A stretch of 64,000 nucleotides of DNA, from the NCBI GenBank assembly GCA_003427395.1, contig BFEA01000036.1:807024-871023 (forward strand). Reading direction: 5' to 3'. Made by a program: the position numbers and the translations under genes. Source of the DNA: Chara braunii (taxonomy: Eukaryota; Plantae; Charophyceae). Of this stretch, positions 60,613-64,000 are shown piece after piece (within the stretch, counting starts at the first letter, position 1; each line of letters begins with the position of its first letter). The notes beneath the pieces are model-generated. The model saw nothing but the letters and a program-made list of their open reading frames with translations. It was not told the DNA's origin and searched no databases.

Positions 60613-60916
60613 TGTATTTTAGTACGTACACATTCTGTAGAGATACGATCTAACGGAGAAGGTGGAAAGTCTTAAGCTAAAGGAATACGTGCGTGGTACA
60701 ATGGAACGGAATAGGTGCGGACGTGTATAGATGGCAGGGAGGATAAGGGGGCCTAGTTGCACCACTCGCCATCAGCCAACATATTGAGTGCATCTGAGCA
60801 CCGGCATTGTCCAGATGCATTCAAAATTTTGGCGGATGGCGAGTGATGTAGCCAGCACCTAAGAGAAGGGAGGGATAGTGTCATTAGAATCAGTTCCGAG
60901 GTCCGTGCTACCTTTT

Positions 60917-61133
60917 TGTCGGGTATTAGCCAGCTGATAATTTTCCTTTCCTTCGTATTTTAGCAGATTATTTTCTAGTGGTGATAAAACTCCAGAAGGA
61001 CATTACCTGAGTGCCAAGCCTGAATTAGTCGGGTAATAGTCAGCTGATAATTTTCCTTCTTATTTTAGCAGATTATTTTTTAGTGGTGATAAATCTCCAG
61101 AAGGACATTACCTGAGTGCCAAGCCTGAATTAG
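60917..61133. repeat. ~105-bp tandem duplication
   Basis: GTCGGGTA…CAGCTGATAATTTTCC…GCCAAGCCTGAATTAG occurs twice. Confidence 0.85.
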
Positions 61134-61299
61134 ATGTGGAAGGGCTTCAGAGTATATACCCCGCATTCTCTGTCGCTGACTTGCCCACGGGAAAGCCTCT
61201 CGAACAGCAAATTACTTAATTTCTGGGTATCGCTGCATTGGAACTCTCGTCAAACCGCAAAACCGACGTCCGAAAATCGATGCAATTACAACCGTCCAT

Positions 61300-61538
61300 C
61301 TGGTAGATGAATTTATAAATAGATAGATAGAGGGAGACAGTCTGGTCGATGGATGTAGTTGGTAGAGATAAATAGATACATGAGATAGATAGCCGTTCAG
61401 ATAGATAGATCGATAGATGTATAGATCGATCGATCGATCGATAGATGGATAGAAAAATAGATAGGTAGTCGGGTCGATGGATATGGTTGATAGGTAGATT
61501 GATATACATAGGTACATGAGATAGAATAGATAGCTATT

Positions 61539-61607
<69 letters not shown>

Positions 61608-62015
61608 GATGGATGGAGTAATGAGCAGATCTTCAACAGATACATGGATGGATGGATGGACGCATGGATAGTAGGTCGATGGATAGATGACAGACAGGTA
61701 GATAATACATTATAGATACGCACAGATTGTCAAGCAGATAGCTTAGTCAGATAGATTGACAGATCAATAAGGAGGTAGGTAAATAGATAGCTAGACGCGT
61801 TAGATAGGTAGATAGGGACACCCGCATGACATATACAGGGACCCACGCATGCATAGACAGGGAAACGTGCTTTCAGACGCATAAATGGGGAGGTTAAGGG
61901 AGGAGAGAGGAAATGAGTTGGAAATGGGGAGGTTAAGAGAGGAGAGAGGAAATGGGTTGGATGGAGAAAAGAAAGAGAGGCGATGGATACGTTCCGGGAG
62001 AGAGGGCGAGAGGGC

Positions 62016-62050
<35 letters not shown>
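61300..62050. repeat. GATA/GATG/GA simple-sequence tract
   Basis: Directly visible. Further (CT)/(GA) microsatellites at 55185-55384, 58475-58555 and 62820-63250. Confidence 0.9.
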
Positions 62051-62927
62051 TAGAAGTCACAAATACATGAGGTGTTGGAATGTAATTCGGAGAGTGTGAT
62101 GGCACTGAATTACAGTCTCGTCACTGAAGAGAGAACTCTCAGTTAACGAATGCATTAGGGGTTGTCCATTTTGGGATCATTGCATATTGATTGTATTTCT
62201 ATTATCAACAATCGGAGTGCTGATTGTATTTCTATTATCAACAATCGAAGTGCTCTTTCCTTCGTATTGAAGGTGTAGAGTGCTCTGTGGGGACGAAAGG
62301 CGTGTGTTCTACCATTGAACTCGTGTCTGAGTGGATGAGAGGAGGCCATTGCCTATTACGTGAAGAGCTTTCATGGGAGTAGTTTCCAACTGTGGGTGCG
62401 CTGGTTATAACATTCAGAGAAAAAATGATCCGGAATTGTCTGAAGAACCCGTTTACCTGCTGCTGTCTCTCGGTTGGTCATTATTTTGTCCTGGATAGTT
62501 TTGACAGACTAAAAATTTTCGTATTTCTTGCGTCTGAGAAGTCAGCGAAACATTTTCTTGAGAGGGGCATTCTGCTTGCTCCAGGGGTGGAGGTGACATA
62601 TTTTGGCACCTGTTAAAAGTACATGACCCCCCTTTCCAGCGAGAACAGACCGGATGACATTTGTTTATCAACTGGTCATTTTGGCCGTCTGATGAGTTCC
62701 TCAGTCGATCGTACGCCTATCATGTGGGTCAAAGTGTATGAGGGAAATGTCATTGCAAGGGAAAGTGCTGATCTGTTTTTTTCTTTCAACTCCTATGGCT
62801 TGACGTGCTGGTGCGCTGGGGCGTGTGTGTGTGTGTGTGTGAGACACACACCCACACACATCCACACACACCCACACACACCCACACACACCCACACACC
62901 CACACACCCACACACACACACACACAG

Positions 62928-62966
<39 letters not shown>

Positions 62967-63020
62967 GCTTCCGCGCACAAGTGGAGAGGAGAGATTAGCT
63001 GTGATCCGGCTTATGTGTGT

Positions 63021-63077
<57 letters not shown>

Positions 63078-63112
63078 NNNNNNNNNNNNNNNNNNNNNNN
63101 NNNNNNNNNNNN

Positions 63113-63155
<43 letters not shown>

Positions 63156-63747
63156 TTCCGCGCGCAAGGGGAGAGGAGAGATTAGCTGTGATCCGGCTTA
63201 TGTGTGTGTTTTGAGAGAGAGAGAGAGAGAGGATGTGGAGAGAGAGAGGATGTGAAGTGTGTTCGAATGCTGTTGTGTCGAGGCGATCAATTGGGAAATG
63301 GAAAATCGGGGATGTATGTCTTCCCGGGCAGTCAGGACAATCACAATCTGCTAAGGTGTTGGAGGCTCTCCTGGCTCTGGTTGAGTGGGAAAAAACGTAC
63401 GCGGGATGAATGGCGTCTGTTTTGCAGCTGTCAGCGATTCAAGGGGCACGAATCGATGATGCTGATAGTCTCTCCATGACGATGATGATGATGGTGTCGA
63501 TCATACGGATTTTCGTATCTGCGATCGGATGACGATGATGGTGCTCTGAAGTTTTTTTAGAGCTGTAATTAGATGACGATGATGAATGATGGTGCCGACG
63601 GAGGCGATATGGACAGACAACGGCAGTGATGATGATTGGATGCAGGCAATGATGATTGGATGCAGGCGAGGATGATAATGACCGGACCCGAAGTGGATGA
63701 TCAAAGCGGAAAACGAAACCAAAAAAAATAGAAGGAAAACGAAAGAA

Positions 63748-63809
63748 GTTCTTCGGGACATCGGCATAAAAAAAAGGAAAAAGAACGACACAGAGAAGAT
63801 CAGCATGGC
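63748..63809 (+). pseudogene. U6: U6 snRNA 5'-half fragment
   Basis: GTTCTTCGGGACATCGGCATAAAA…GAACGACACAGAGAAGATCAGCATGGC resembles plant U6 GTCCCTTCGGGGACATCCGATAAAATTGGAACGATACAGAGAAGATTAGCATGGC, including the ACAGAGA box and AGC triad. The match stops abruptly. Confidence 0.75.
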
Positions 63810-64000
63810 GGAAAGGCGATAAGGGCCTCGCTTCACCAATCGTCCCAACGCACGAAAGACAAAAATTACGGCGGTGTATCTATGGGTGTTTTACCGGAAG
63901 ATTCATTGTCATTTTGTACATTTGATGAGTGATGGAGTGAGGCTGTAAGAGGCGGATGACGAGGATGATTGCGATGGAGCGAGGAGGACCATTTCCATGA

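Noticed and set aside
62150-62800. Possible degenerate LINE ORF2 C-terminal fragment (minus strand)
   Set aside because: Only a vague resemblance; no diagnostic motif.
62960-63240. ~60-bp unit duplicated among (GA)n tracts (similar case at 55210-55310)
   Set aside because: Adjacent to gaps and microsatellites. Slippage or an assembly artefact is more likely than a targeted-insertion TSD.

Overview
Repeat-saturated eukaryotic window with no intact host gene. It is plant/streptophyte-like; a charophyte alga such as Chara is a plausible but unverified guess. It is a nest of transposable elements: three decayed L1/Tx1-type LINE segments, the RNaseH-integrase-chromodomain half of a Ty3/Gypsy chromovirus, a tRNA-derived SINE, a TTAA-TSD MITE, two U6 snRNA fragments, satellites and microsatellites. 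The dominant and most unusual component is a family of giant (~7.4-7.8 kb) non-coding TGTCG...CGACA elements: 3 complete copies (22512-29953, 34522-41963, 42602-50425) plus at least 5 partial or diverged relatives. All 10 clearly defined junctions sit at an N-CG-N (or CpG-decayed) 4-bp site, and copies insert into each other. Each carries, inside a predicted intron, a CRISPR-like array of 7-11 hairpins with a conserved YAAGYY loop, co-varying inner stems and unit-specific outer stems, plus other conserved structured blocks. The best reading is very large solo LTRs, or LTR-like units mobilised in trans, encoding a structured multivalent RNA. All alignments were done by eye.
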